Origin: Candidatus Komeilibacteria bacterium
Lineage (GTDB): Bacteria; Patescibacteriota; Patescibacteriia; UBA1558; UBA10009
Reading direction: 5' to 3'
Assembly (NCBI GenBank): GCA_030688315.1
Contig: JAUYIT010000037.1
Location: forward strand, 3,348 to 67,347
DNA: 64,000 nucleotides
Each line of letters begins with the position of its first letter. Position 1 is the stretch's first letter. Shown piece by piece: positions 27,841-38,064 of the stretch. Under the pieces are notes generated by a model that saw nothing but the letters and a program-made list of their open reading frames with translations, had not been told where the DNA came from and searched no databases. The translations under genes and the position numbers were made by a program.

Positions 27841-30375
27841 ATGTCCGAATTGTCAAAAATCTATCAAGCCGAAAATTACGAAGACGCTCTGTATCAGGCG
27901 TGGGAAAAATCAGGCGCTTTTAAACCCGGAAAAAAGGGTAAGGCCTTTAGCATTGTTTTACCACCGCCTAATGTGACTGGCAAACTTCATATCGGCCACG
28001 CGGCCATGCTGGCGTATCAGGATGTAATGGTCAGGTATCATCGTTTACAGGGCGATAAAACCTTGTGGTTGCCGGGCATGGACCACGCCGCCATTGCCAC
28101 CCAAAATGTGGTGGAAAAAGAATTAAAAAAGGCCGGCCACAGCCGTTACGATTTGGGCCGCCCGCGGTTTTTAAATAAAGTAGAGGCCTTTGCCGAAGAT
28201 TCTAAAAAGGTTATTCGCGGGCAAATAAAAAAAATGGGCTCCAGTTTGGATTGGTCGCGCGAACGGTTTACTTTAGATGAATCGTCTTCTTTGGCCGTTA
28301 AAACCGCTTTTAAAAAAATGTATGATGACGGTTTAATTTACCGCGGCGAGCGGGTGGTTAACTGGTGCCCGCGCTGTCAATCCACTTTGGCTGATGACGA
28401 GGTTGAACATCGGGAAGAACAGAGTAAGCTTTATTATATAAAATATGGCCATGTTACGGTGGCCACCACCCGTCCGGAAACAAAATTAGGCGACACTGGC
28501 GTGGCAGTAAATCCTAAAGATGAAAGATATAAAAAATTAGTCGGTGAAAAATTAGTTGCTGATTTGATGGGCAATTTTTTAGTTCTTAAAGTTTTTGCCG
28601 ATAGAGAAGTGGATATGACTTTTGGTACTGGCGCGATTGGCGTTACGCCGGCGCATTCGCAAACCGATTATCAATGGGCCTTAAAAAATGATTTATCATT
28701 TATTAAAGTTATTAATGAAGAGGGCAAAATGACCGAGGCGGCCGGGCAATATCAAGGTCTGACCGTTAAAGAATGCCGGGAAAAATTAGTGGCCGATTTG
28801 CAAAAGGCCGGAAAAATTGAAAAAATTGAAGAATATACTAATAATCTTTCGGTCTGTTACCGTTGCGGCACAACCATTGAACCTTTAACTTCCAAACAAT
28901 GGTTTGTGGCGGTGGATAAAAAAATTCCTGGCCGCGGCAAAACTTTAAAACAGCTGGCAATTGAAGCGGTTAAAAAAGGCGGGATTAAGATTATTCCCGA
29001 TCGTTTTAACAAAACCTACTTTCAGTGGATGGATAATTTACGCGACTGGTGTATTTCCCGCCAGATTTGGTACGGCCACCGCATTCCGGTTTGGTACAAC
29101 CAGGATAAAATCTTTGTCGGTTTAACCGCGCCTACCGGCGAGGGCTGGATTCAGGATGAAGATACTTTGGATACCTGGTTTTCTTCTTCTTTATGGACAT
29201 TTTCAACTTTGGGTTGGCCTAAAAAAACTCCTGACTTAAAAACTTTTCACCCCACTTCGGTCATGGAAACCGGTTACGACATTTTATTTTTCTGGGTGGC
29301 CAGAATGATTTTAATGTCCACTTATTTAATAAAGGAAGTTCCCTTTAAAACGGTTTATTTGCATGGTTTGGTACGCGATAAGGAAGGCCGGAAAATGAGT
29401 AAATCTTTAGGCAACGGCATTGATCCGCTAGATATGATTGCTAAGTTTGGGGCCGACGCTTTAAGATTGTCATTATTAGTTGGCGCCACGCCGGGTAACG
29501 ACGCGCGGTTATATGAAGAAAAAATCGCGGGTTACCGAAATTTTGTCAATAAACTCTGGAACATTAGCAGATACATCCTGTCAAAATCACAAGAAACAAA
29601 TCACAAGAAACAAAAAATTTCCAAATCACAAATCACAAAATTAGAGACGTTGGCGGATAAATGGATCTTAGGGGAATTGGATAAGATTATCGCGTCTACC
29701 GCCAAGAACATTGAAGAGTTTAAGTTTTCGGCTGCCGGTGAGGAACTGTATGAATTTACCTGGAGCAAATTGGCCGATTGGTATTTGGAAGTGGCCAAGA
29801 TTGAAGGTGGCAAAGATCAAATCCTCCTGTCTATTTTGGAAAAACTTTTAATTCTGTGGCATCCGTTTTGTCCGTTTGTAACGGAAGCGATATGGAGCGA
29901 AATGGGTAAAAAAACCTTGTTGATGATTGAGCGGTGGCCCAAGGTCTTGGTTAAAAAACAAGCAGCCAGCCATGATTTTGAACTGATCCAACAGGCGGTA
30001 ACGGCCATCAGGAATATTCGCAGTGAGCGTCAAATCAGCCCCAAGGAAATTTTGGATTGCTCAATTAAAACATCAGTCAAGGCAGTTAAAGATAATTTGT
30101 CTTTGTTAGCAGGTTTGGCTGGCCTCAAAATCGCGGCATCAGTTAAGGGTATTACCGTTAATTCAACTAAGGTGGAAATCACTTTAGCCGTTCAGGCCAA
30201 TGCCGAACTGGATAAAAAGCGCGCGGCCGAGGCAATGCAACTGCGGCAGTATATTGAAGTCCAACAAAGAAAGCTTAAAAATCAGGTTTTCGTCAGCCGC
30301 GCGCCAAAAGAGGTTATTTTGAAAGAAAAGGAAAAGCTCAAACAAGCTCAAGAAAAGTTACAAAAGTTATCGTAA
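27841..30375 (+). CDS. valS: Valine--tRNA ligase
   Basis: HIGH motif (PPNVTGKLHIGHA), KMSKS motif, C-terminal coiled coil. Low-complexity insert SKSQETNHKKQKISKSQITK. Confidence 0.95.
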   Translation: MSELSKIYQAENYEDALYQAWEKSGAFKPGKKGKAFSIVLPPPNVTGKLHIGHAAMLAYQDVMVRYHRLQGDKTLWLPGMDHAAIATQNVVEKELKKAGHSRYDLGRPRFLNKVEAFAEDSKKVIRGQIKKMGSSLDWSRERFTLDESSSLAVKTAFKKMYDDGLIYRGERVVNWCPRCQSTLADDEVEHREEQSKLYYIKYGHVTVATTRPETKLGDTGVAVNPKDERYKKLVGEKLVADLMGNFLVLKVFADREVDMTFGTGAIGVTPAHSQTDYQWALKNDLSFIKVINEEGKMTEAAGQYQGLTVKECREKLVADLQKAGKIEKIEEYTNNLSVCYRCGTTIEPLTSKQWFVAVDKKIPGRGKTLKQLAIEAVKKGGIKIIPDRFNKTYFQWMDNLRDWCISRQIWYGHRIPVWYNQDKIFVGLTAPTGEGWIQDEDTLDTWFSSSLWTFSTLGWPKKTPDLKTFHPTSVMETGYDILFFWVARMILMSTYLIKEVPFKTVYLHGLVRDKEGRKMSKSLGNGIDPLDMIAKFGADALRLSLLVGATPGNDARLYEEKIAGYRNFVNKLWNISRYILSKSQETNHKKQKISKSQITKLETLADKWILGELDKIIASTAKNIEEFKFSAAGEELYEFTWSKLADWYLEVAKIEGGKDQILLSILEKLLILWHPFCPFVTEAIWSEMGKKTLLMIERWPKVLVKKQAASHDFELIQQAVTAIRNIRSERQISPKEILDCSIKTSVKAVKDNLSLLAGLAGLKIAASVKGITVNSTKVEITLAVQANAELDKKRAAEAMQLRQYIEVQQRKLKNQVFVSRAPKEVILKEKEKLKQAQEKLQKLS
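29581..29640. repeat. Tandem AAATCACAAG(AAAC) repeats inside valS
   Basis: tcaaaatcacaagaaacaaatcacaagaaacaaaaaatttccaaatcacaaatcacaa. Same decamer as in the tsaD insertion. Confidence 0.6.
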
Positions 30376-30376
30376 A

Positions 30377-30413
30377 CAAAAAAGACCCCGACTTAACGTC
30401 GGGGTCTTTTTTA
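30377..30413. terminator. Bidirectional rho-independent terminator after valS
   Basis: aaaaAAGACCCCGACttaaCGTCGGGGTCTTtttt. The stem is flanked by A and T runs. Confidence 0.8.
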
Positions 30414-30735
30414 ATAGGTCGGATTAGACAACAGCTTCAGTAGCGGGGGTTTCTTCGGTGGCTTCACCGGTCTGACCTTCTTCAGCGGGAGTAGCGGTTT
30501 GTCCGCCATCTTCAGCCGGGGTTTGGTTTTCGTCTTGCATGATATTATGCTTTCTTTGACTAATAATCGTAAAGACCACCAGTCATTATTGATCTTTTTG
30601 CTTAACCTGCGAATATTATCATATTTTATTATTCTTGTCAAGGGTTTATCAACAGTTTTTCCAGTGTTATAATTTTTTTTGGCTAATGTTAGGGAAAAAT
30701 AAAATTTATGTTGGCTTTAAACGCTATCCAGGTAT

Positions 30736-32490
30736 TTAATCAGCTACTTTAAACACCTCTTCCACCGTGGTAATACCGTCTTTGGCCTTTAACAGCCCGT
30801 CCTGCACCATTGTTACCATGCCGTTTTTAACGGCAATATCCTGAATATCATTTTCCGAAACATTGCCTGATAAGATGATTTTTTCAATTTCCGGCCCTAG
30901 GGTCATAATTTCAAAAATGCCGATCCGGCCCTTAAAGCCCAAACCGTGGCAAGCGGCGCACCCCTTGCCCTTATAGAATTTTAAATTATGAAGTTCGCTG
31001 TCATCAAGCCGTTCAGAAGAGCTGACCGGAATCTTGGATAACAAATTAAGAATTTTGGTCATGACATCGGTATCAATCCGGTCTTCAATTTTGCATTGCT
31101 GGCAGATTTTACGCACCAACCGTTGGCCAATTACCGCGTTTAAGGCGGGGGAAAGCAGGAACGGCTTAACGCCCATAGCCAAAAAGCGGGGAATGGCACC
31201 GGCCGCGTTGTTGGTGTGGATGGTGGAAATAACCAAATGGCCGGTGAGAGCCGCGTTAATGGCAACTTCGGCGGTTTCCAAATCCCTGATTTCACCCACC
31301 ATCACAATATCCGGATCTTGCCTTAAAATGGAGCGCAAACCTTTGGCAAAAGTGTAATCCTTAGCGTGATCAATCTGGCTTTGGTTGATGCCTTCCAGTT
31401 TGTATTCAATAGGATCTTCCAAAGTGATGATTTTTGTTTCGGAACTGTTTAAAGTATTTAAAATGGCGTACAAGGTGGTGGTTTTACCGCTGCCGGTGGG
31501 GCCGGTGGAAACAATCATGCCGTTGGGGCGCGCCACTTCGTGTTTTAAATCTACGAATGATTTGCCCCGCAAACCCAGATCTTCATATTTTAAGCCGACC
31601 GAAGAAGACCGTAAAATTCTAGCCACCACGCTTTCGCCGTAACTGGTAGGAATGGTGGAAACTCTAACTTCCACTTTGTCGCCCGTCAAAAATATGGTAA
31701 AGCGGCCATCTTGGGGCGCTTGGGTAATGTTCAGTTTTAAGCCGGAAATCAGTTTTAAGCGGGAAATGATTTTATCCCATTCTTCGGGCTTGATTTTGGC
31801 CACGGTGTGCAACACGCCATCCAGACGAAAGCGGATTTTAATGTCTTTTTCTTCGGCCTCTATATGGATATCAGAAGCGGCCGCTTTAATAGCCGAGGCA
31901 ATCAGCAAAGTAAACAGCTCGCTGATGTTAACCTTGTCCACTTCTTTTTGCAGAACGTCAAAGGAAGTCAGCACGTCTTCATATTTTTTTAAATCGTCTT
32001 CGGTAATTTCCACGCCTTTAACATTTTTTCGGATTTTAGGAAGCTTGTCGTAAATTTTTAAGGCCAAATCCAAACTGTTCTGCGAAATCAGATAAATTTC
32101 CAGATTGGCGTGGTGCATTTTGGCCAGCTCTTGCGCCACGGCCTTAATTTGGGGATTAAGGGGATTAAGCGAACCGATTCTAATTTCCGAACCGGAATAA
32201 AAAAAGCAGACCGACCGTAAAGAAACGGCCTGATCCTGCGTGATTAAGGCAATGGCTTCGGGCGAAACCGGAAAGCCCTTAAGGTTAATGTAGGCCAAAC
32301 CCATCTGGCCGGCTTTGGCCTGCGCTAAATCTTCCAAATTTTTTAGTTCAATCTCCCGCATTTTATCATCCAATTCTTCTTCAGTTTTGGCGGAAGCCAC
32401 GCTCAAAGGAACCGCTGTTGACGGCGTCGGTTCAGCGGCCGTGGCTGTCGCCTCGGTTTCCAGCAAATCATTGATGTTAACTTCGTCCAT
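30736..32490 (-). CDS. pilB: Type II/IV secretion (type IV pilus) assembly ATPase GspE/PilB
   Basis: Walker A GPTGSGKTTTLYA, Asp/His boxes, N-terminal GSPII_E_N-like domain, C-terminal CxxC...CxxC zinc motif. Confidence 0.9.
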   Translation of the reverse strand: MDEVNINDLLETEATATAAEPTPSTAVPLSVASAKTEEELDDKMREIELKNLEDLAQAKAGQMGLAYINLKGFPVSPEAIALITQDQAVSLRSVCFFYSGSEIRIGSLNPLNPQIKAVAQELAKMHHANLEIYLISQNSLDLALKIYDKLPKIRKNVKGVEITEDDLKKYEDVLTSFDVLQKEVDKVNISELFTLLIASAIKAAASDIHIEAEEKDIKIRFRLDGVLHTVAKIKPEEWDKIISRLKLISGLKLNITQAPQDGRFTIFLTGDKVEVRVSTIPTSYGESVVARILRSSSVGLKYEDLGLRGKSFVDLKHEVARPNGMIVSTGPTGSGKTTTLYAILNTLNSSETKIITLEDPIEYKLEGINQSQIDHAKDYTFAKGLRSILRQDPDIVMVGEIRDLETAEVAINAALTGHLVISTIHTNNAAGAIPRFLAMGVKPFLLSPALNAVIGQRLVRKICQQCKIEDRIDTDVMTKILNLLSKIPVSSSERLDDSELHNLKFYKGKGCAACHGLGFKGRIGIFEIMTLGPEIEKIILSGNVSENDIQDIAVKNGMVTMVQDGLLKAKDGITTVEEVFKVAD

Positions 32491-32525
32491 GATGTATATT
32501 TTACCTTATTTATGGAAAACAAAAA

Positions 32526-32660
32526 AGGCCTTGCCTACCGTCATTGCGAGCCCCGAAGGGGCGCGGCAATCCCGTTGTTCATGGTATAAACACCGGGATT
32601 GCTTCGTCGCCCCGCCAAAGGCGGGGCTCCTCGCAATGACCGTTGTGGCAAGACCTTTTT
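32526..32660. repeat. REP/MITE-like element, copy 3 (inverted orientation), flanked by A and T runs
   Basis: aaaaaaGGCCTTGCCtaccGTCATTGCGAGccccgaaggggcgcGGCAATCCCGttgttcatggtataaacaCCGGGATTGCTTCgtcgc...CTCCTCGCAATGACcgttgtGGCAAGACCtttttt. Confidence 0.85.
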
Positions 32661-32663
32661 TGT

Positions 32664-33653
32664 TTACACGGTTTTACGTTTGAACTTTTCGGGTAACACT
32701 GCCACCCAGCGGACCAGTTTGCTGTAAGCTTTGCCGCCGGTGGTTAGGCGAGAGTACAACAGCGTCCACGAGCCGATTTGAAAAACCGAGAGCAAAGCGC
32801 CCACAGCCAAAGACATCAGCAACAGCAAGGTCAAACTGATATACATCAGGGTGCCCAAGAGGTCGGGGTTTTCCAAAGTATAGGCAATGCCAAAAAAGAA
32901 GAACGGAGAAAAAATCAACAAAGCGGCCAAAATAAAAGCCAGGCCCACCAGCAAATTAATGCCAAACAAGATTAAAGCCATTTCCAAGCTAACCAGCCAA
33001 TTGGTTCTAAACAGGCGCCAGCCGTTGGTAAAGGCGCTGCGGAAATTTTCCCCGTTTAGCACGGCAAAAGCGCTGCCGTATTTGGTGGCCAAAGAAACAA
33101 TAATGGTCAGCGGCACAAAAATCAAAAATGATAAAATGGTAATCAGGAGATTTAACAGGGTGTAACCTTGGGTAAAGGTGGCAATCATCAGAGGCGTAAT
33201 AATCAAAAGCAAGGTGCCGTAAACAATGGCTTTGGCAATCAGGTTCAGCCCCAACAGCGTCCAGAATTTTTTGGCTCCGATTTTTAACAAACCGATAAAA
33301 GTGGATTTTTCCTCGCTGTTGGCCATGGTAACGCCTTTAATCAGGCCGCCCAGGGCTGAAATAATCAGCCAGATAAAAAAGCAAACAACTGCCAGTATTA
33401 CCAAAAAATACAAGGACAGCATGACGATTTTTTCAAATGAAGTATCTAGCGACGGCAGAAAGGCGTTAAGATTGGCCGACCAGGTAGCCGCGGTTTCGGC
33501 CTGATTGCGGACGGCACTAACCTGATTGATGAGCACTTGATATTCTCCGCCGTTGCCCAAAAAAGCCACAAAGATTCCGAGCGGCCACAGATAGCCGAAC
33601 TTCCTGGTAATAAACCAGGCCTTTTTTAGAATTTGACGATAGAGTGATTCCAT
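32664..33653 (-). CDS. Polytopic membrane protein, function unknown
   Basis: About 8 hydrophobic helices and no recognised motif. Start chosen at MESLYRQ. Confidence 0.6.
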   Translation of the reverse strand: MESLYRQILKKAWFITRKFGYLWPLGIFVAFLGNGGEYQVLINQVSAVRNQAETAATWSANLNAFLPSLDTSFEKIVMLSLYFLVILAVVCFFIWLIISALGGLIKGVTMANSEEKSTFIGLLKIGAKKFWTLLGLNLIAKAIVYGTLLLIITPLMIATFTQGYTLLNLLITILSFLIFVPLTIIVSLATKYGSAFAVLNGENFRSAFTNGWRLFRTNWLVSLEMALILFGINLLVGLAFILAALLIFSPFFFFGIAYTLENPDLLGTLMYISLTLLLLMSLAVGALLSVFQIGSWTLLYSRLTTGGKAYSKLVRWVAVLPEKFKRKTV

Positions 33654-33689
33654 AGGCCTCCTATTAATAATAAAATTACAAATCAACAA

Positions 33690-33780
33690 AAACCAATTTC
33701 CAAATAAATTCCAATAAACAAGTTACAAATAAGGTTAGAAATTGGAATTTGACTGTAGATTGTTTTTTGAAAGAGTTACT
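33690..33780. repeat. Intergenic hairpin sharing the CCAATTTCC / GAAATTGGAA motif with the tsaD insertion
   Basis: caaaaaCCAATTTCCaaataaattccaataaacaagttacaaataaggttaGAAATTGGaatttg. Confidence 0.5.
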
Positions 33781-33793
33781 TTGTATAATTATA

Positions 33794-35611
33794 CTATTTT
33801 TTGAACAAAGCGGCAAACTCTTCTTTTTCCAGAGTTTCTTTATTCAGGAGTTCAGTGGCGATTTTATCCAATTGTTGGCGATGAGTGGTGATAAGTTCCT
33901 TGGCTCTGGTTTGGGCCTCTTCAATAATTTTACTAAGTTCCTTATCAATGGCTTCGGCGACTTTTTCGCTGTAGTCGCGCTGGGCGTGGATCTCTTTGCC
34001 TAAAAAGACCATTTCTTCTTTTTTACCGAAAGTTCTGGCGCCCATGGTTTCGCTCATGCCGTAAACCGTAATCAGTTCGCGGGCAATATCGGTGGCGCGT
34101 TTAAGATCGTTGGAAGCGCCGGTGGTCAGTTCATTGAAGATTTCCTGCTCGGCGGTATGCCCGGCCAGCAAAACAGCCAGTTCGTCCAAAAATTCGCTTT
34201 TGGTTTTAAACTGCTTATCTTCTAGCGGCAGTTTCATGGTGTAGCCGGCGGCGCGGCCGCGGGAAATAATGGAAATTTTATGAACCGGATCGGCGTGGGG
34301 CAAAAGGTGCGCCACCAAAGCGTGGCCGGCTTCGTGGTAAGCGGTAATCTTTTTTTCTTCATCCGAAACAATCTTACTTTTTCGTTCGGGCCCGAGCATG
34401 ACTTTTTCAATGCTCATCAGGGTCTCGGTTAAGCCGATAGTTTTTTTATTCTGGCGGGCGGCCAAAATGGCGGCTTCGTTTAGCACGTTGGCTAGGTCCG
34501 CGCCGGAAAAGCCGGGCGTCCGCTGGGCCACGGTTTTTAAGGCCACTGCCGGTTCCATGGGTTTGTTTTTGGCGTGTACGGCCAAAATGGCTTCGCGGTC
34601 TTTAAGGTCGGGCATGTCAATAATTACCTGCCGATCAAAACGGCCGGGCCTTAGCAAGGCCGGATCCAAAACATCCGGGCGGTTGGTGGCGGCCATCACA
34701 ATAATATTGGTTTCGTTTTCAAAGCCGTCCATTTCCACCAGAATTTGGTTTAGGGTTTGTTCGCGTTCATCGTGCGAACCGCCTAGGCCGGCGCCGCGCT
34801 GGCGGCCGACGGCGTCAATTTCATCAATAAAAATAATGCAGGGCGCGCTTTTTTTGGCTTTTTGGAACAAATCGCGCACGCGGGAAGCACCCACGCCCAC
34901 AAACATTTCCACAAATTCCGAACCGGAAATATGGAAAAACGGCACCTTGGCTTCACCGGCCACGGCGCGGGCCAAAAGGGTTTTGCCGGTGCCGGGCGCG
35001 CCCAACAACAGTACGCCTTTAGGAATGCGCGCGCCCAGTTCCAGAAATTTTTTGGGAGTTTTTAAAAATTCCACCACTTCGGTCAGTTCCAGTTTGGCTT
35101 CAATGGCGCCGGCCACGTCGGCAAAAGTGGTTTTGTTTTTAACCTGTTGGGCCATTAATTTGGCACCGGATTGGCCGAACGACATGGCGCGGTTGTTGGC
35201 GCCTTGCAAGGAGCGCATCATGAACCAGATAAACACGGCAATCAGCAACAGGGGAATTAAGAAAGGTAAAATAGCGCCCATCCATAACGAAGCCGAAGAA
35301 TCTTCGGCTATACTGATGTTGGCTTTTTGAATTTTTTCCGGTGCCACGCCGTAGTTGTTCAATAGTTCGCTTAAGGATTCAGTTGGTTCTTTGCGGCTGA
35401 CTTTTTGGCTGTCATCAGTCATGGTGATTTTAAGTTCGCTGTCGCTGACTTCCACCGATTTGACTTGTTCGTTATTGATGGCGGTAACCAGTTCGCCCAA
35501 GCCGATTTTTTCCGGCTCATTGTTTTGGGCGTTGTATAAGCTGAACAAACTGCCGATGACCACAAAAATCAGGAGAAAGATGAGGAAATTTTTGAATAAA
35601 TTATTTTTCAT
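33794..35611 (-). CDS. ftsH: ATP-dependent zinc metalloprotease FtsH
   Basis: N-terminal TM helices, AAA Walker [15 protein letters not shown] region, zinc-binding HEAGHAL. Confidence 0.95.
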   Translation of the reverse strand: MKNNLFKNFLIFLLIFVVIGSLFSLYNAQNNEPEKIGLGELVTAINNEQVKSVEVSDSELKITMTDDSQKVSRKEPTESLSELLNNYGVAPEKIQKANISIAEDSSASLWMGAILPFLIPLLLIAVFIWFMMRSLQGANNRAMSFGQSGAKLMAQQVKNKTTFADVAGAIEAKLELTEVVEFLKTPKKFLELGARIPKGVLLLGAPGTGKTLLARAVAGEAKVPFFHISGSEFVEMFVGVGASRVRDLFQKAKKSAPCIIFIDEIDAVGRQRGAGLGGSHDEREQTLNQILVEMDGFENETNIIVMAATNRPDVLDPALLRPGRFDRQVIIDMPDLKDREAILAVHAKNKPMEPAVALKTVAQRTPGFSGADLANVLNEAAILAARQNKKTIGLTETLMSIEKVMLGPERKSKIVSDEEKKITAYHEAGHALVAHLLPHADPVHKISIISRGRAAGYTMKLPLEDKQFKTKSEFLDELAVLLAGHTAEQEIFNELTTGASNDLKRATDIARELITVYGMSETMGARTFGKKEEMVFLGKEIHAQRDYSEKVAEAIDKELSKIIEEAQTRAKELITTHRQQLDKIATELLNKETLEKEEFAALFKK

Positions 35612-35680
35612 AAATATTGATTACGCAAATTGTTATTTTGTATTTTCAGTTTTTTTATTATAATGTAAAATAGCGTTTTT

Positions 35681-35830
35681 GGCAAGAAAGGCCTTGCCCG
35701 GCAATCGTAGAAACGGGTTTTAAACCCGTTTCTACCGTTGAATAAACCCGTTGGTTATAAACAATGTAGAGACGCACAATTGTGCGTCTCTACGGTAATA
35801 TTACGATAATGGTTGGGCAAGGCCTTAGGC
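35681..35830. repeat. Compound multi-hairpin terminator element related to the REP family
   Basis: aaaGGCCTTGCCC...GTAGAAACGGGttttaaaCCCGTTTCTAC...GTAGAGACGCACaattGTGCGTCTCTAC...GGGCAAGGCCtta. Two perfect 11-12 bp hairpins inside the outer inverted repeat. Confidence 0.75.
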
Positions 35831-37000
35831 CTTGGTTTCTTCCGGTTCAACCGGTTCCGCGATTTTTTCTTCCTTCTTTTCAACTACCTCTTCCTTTTTC
35901 TTTAAAGGTTTAAAGGACAGGCCCAAGCGGTGCTCCCGCGGTTCCAAAGAAATAATGTAGAAGTCGTAGGATTCGTTTTCGGTCAGATCGGTGGTTTTCT
36001 TTTCTTCGTTGAATTCGGAAATATGGATTAAGCCGTGGATTTCCGGGTCCAGTTCGACGAAGGCGCCAAAGGGATTGATTTTTAAGATCTTGCCTTTGAC
36101 CTTTTGGCCGACCGCGTATTTTTTCTCCACGTTTTTCCAGGGATCGGCCTGCAGTTTTTTCATGGACAAGGAAATTTTAGAATTTTCAATGGAAATTATT
36201 TCCGCCTTAACCACGTCGCCCACTTTGACGATGGTTTTGGGATCGTCAATCCGTTGCCAGGCCAGTTCGGAAATATGGATCAGGCCTTCCAAGGTTTCGG
36301 TGCCGTCGGTAAATTCAATGAAAGCGCCAAAATCCACCACGCCGGTAATTTTGCCTTCCACCGTGTCGCCGACTTTAAAATTGGATAAAGTTTTTTGCTG
36401 TTTTTCTTCCCAGGCCGCCTTTTCCGAAACAATCAGTTTTTCCTCATTCTCATTAACGTCAATCACCTTGACCTTAAAGAAAGTGCCCACGAATTTTTTA
36501 AGGGCAAACAGGATTCTGGTTTTATCGCCGCCTTCCACGCGGGGGTAGTGTTCAATGTTAAGTTGGGAAACGGGTAAAAAGCCGATCACGTTGCCAACTT
36601 TAACCATTAAGCCGCCCTTGTTGGCGTCAATGATTTTGGCTTCAATAATTTCGGCCGATTTCATCAGTTGGTCTAAAGATTCCCAGGCCTTTTGATGGCC
36701 GGCATAGCGGAACGAAAGTTCCATTTGGCCGTTTTCGTTTTCCAGTTCTAATACGGTGGCCGAAACTTTGGCACCCGCCTGAACGTCGGTGTACAAATCC
36801 GATTCATCATAGATTTCCTTGCCGCGCACCACGCCGGCGGTAATGCCGTCAATATCCAGCAGAACTTCGTTTTTGGAAGCGGAAATAACCGTGCCTTCCA
36901 CCAAATCGCCAACCTTAGGAATGGGGCGGGCGTCAGCGCGGGCCAACAGTTCATCCATGGCGTTTTTGGCCACGGCTTTGATTTGTGTTGATAGTGTCAT
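35825..37000 (-). CDS. rpsA: 30S ribosomal protein S1 (short, 4 S1 domains)
   Basis: Repeated S1 OB-fold motifs (G.V.G.V...GAFV.L..G..GLIHISE). Confidence 0.9.
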   Translation of the reverse strand: MTLSTQIKAVAKNAMDELLARADARPIPKVGDLVEGTVISASKNEVLLDIDGITAGVVRGKEIYDESDLYTDVQAGAKVSATVLELENENGQMELSFRYAGHQKAWESLDQLMKSAEIIEAKIIDANKGGLMVKVGNVIGFLPVSQLNIEHYPRVEGGDKTRILFALKKFVGTFFKVKVIDVNENEEKLIVSEKAAWEEKQQKTLSNFKVGDTVEGKITGVVDFGAFIEFTDGTETLEGLIHISELAWQRIDDPKTIVKVGDVVKAEIISIENSKISLSMKKLQADPWKNVEKKYAVGQKVKGKILKINPFGAFVELDPEIHGLIHISEFNEEKKTTDLTENESYDFYIISLEPREHRLGLSFKPLKKKEEVVEKKEEKIAEPVEPEETKA

Positions 37001-37134
37001 ATTAAATTTAAGGACAAAAAAATGCCCTTTAACCTTCCTTTGGTAAAACCAAGCGGAAAGCCCGTCTGCCTCTCTATTGGGCCGGTCTTATTTATTAAGA
37101 AGCCCGCAGGCGGATTAGTAATGAGAGTGGTGGC

Positions 37135-37163
37135 ATTATAGCCCATCAGACCTATCCCGTCAA
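37135..37163 (-). promoter_or_regulatory. Consensus promoter TTGACG-N17-TATAAT for rpsA; ~130-nt leader
   Basis: RC reads accTTGACGggataggtctgatgggcTATAATgcc. Confidence 0.6.
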
Positions 37164-37325
37164 GGTCAGGTAGCGCCTTGACAGTTAACCGGCGTAGCGT
37201 TAGGATAAAATCTCCGCCAAAGGCGGATCAGCCTCTGGCTGAAAATATAAATAAAGGGTCAATTTTCCGCCGCAAGGCGGATGCTTAATTGACCCTTTTC
37301 TGTTTTATAAAGTAAATATATCAAT

Positions 37326-37865
37326 ATGAAAAGCGATTTAAAAAATTACGCTTATATAGACGGCAACAATCTTCATCGAGGCACTAAAGAATTTGGTTGG
37401 CTGTTGGATTACTTCCGTTTTCGGAGATGGCTCACAGAAAAGTACCAAATTCAAAAGGCCTACATCTTTTTGGGTTTTATTACCAGTAATCAAGGGTTAT
37501 ATAAAAAACTCCGCCGTGCCGGCTTTATTTTGATTTTTAAAACCTTAACTTATGAAGCTGACGGCAAAGCCAAGGGCAACTGCGATGCGGAATTGGTTTT
37601 AAGAACAGTGATTGATTATTATGAAAATAGATTTGATCAAGCAGTTTTAGTGTCGGGCGACGGCGACTTTGCCTGTTTGACCCTTTTTCTATTAAACAGG
37701 CGAGCTTTAAAATCAATTATCGCTCCTAGTGGCAAATACTGCTCTTATTTGATTAGAAGAATTCAGTGCCCTCTACTCTTTTTAAATAATTTTAAGAATA
37801 GATTGTTCTTAAAAGAAAAAGCCCCCGGTACGGACGAAACCGTACAAGGGTCTTCTTCATATTAA
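37326..37865 (+). CDS. NYN-domain (LabA-like / PIN-like) protein
   Basis: AYIDGNNLHRG ... DAELV ... VSGDGDF acidic residues typical of NYN/LabA RNase-like domains. Confidence 0.75.
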   Translation: MKSDLKNYAYIDGNNLHRGTKEFGWLLDYFRFRRWLTEKYQIQKAYIFLGFITSNQGLYKKLRRAGFILIFKTLTYEADGKAKGNCDAELVLRTVIDYYENRFDQAVLVSGDGDFACLTLFLLNRRALKSIIAPSGKYCSYLIRRIQCPLLFLNNFKNRLFLKEKAPGTDETVQGSSSY

Positions 37866-38064
37866 CAAGGTTATTATATAGCATTGGTTTTTTTTTGTAA
37901 ATATTGACATAATCTATAAAATATGGTATCTTAATATATTAATTATCAGATCAGGGTTTTGCTCTTAAAATAAGGCATTTTAAGGCAAAATCTTGGTCTG
38001 ATTCTTGAGTCAGCCACCTGCGATCCGAATAGGTAAAATCGGATAGTGTACTTTTCATGAAAGG

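Noticed and set aside
30411-30641. 76-aa K/P-rich ORF (MTRIIKYDN...KPPKKPPLLKLL)
   Set aside because: It is the alternative-frame artefact of the three-fold CTTCAGC-GGGG repeat and overlaps the valS terminator; only the acidic frame is even plausibly coding.
33794-35611. Long antisense ORFs inside ftsH (for example 34398..35330(+)), smc, gyrA and the pilB/SMC interiors
   Set aside because: They are GC-skewed mirror frames of confidently assigned genes with Ala/Arg/Ser-rich composition.
37001-37320. Structured RNA gene (SRP/RNase P) upstream of rpsA
   Set aside because: This is better explained as the rpsA promoter (TTGACG-N17-TATAAT) plus a ~130-nt leader. A fragment like gcggaaagcccg is too short to call RNase P.
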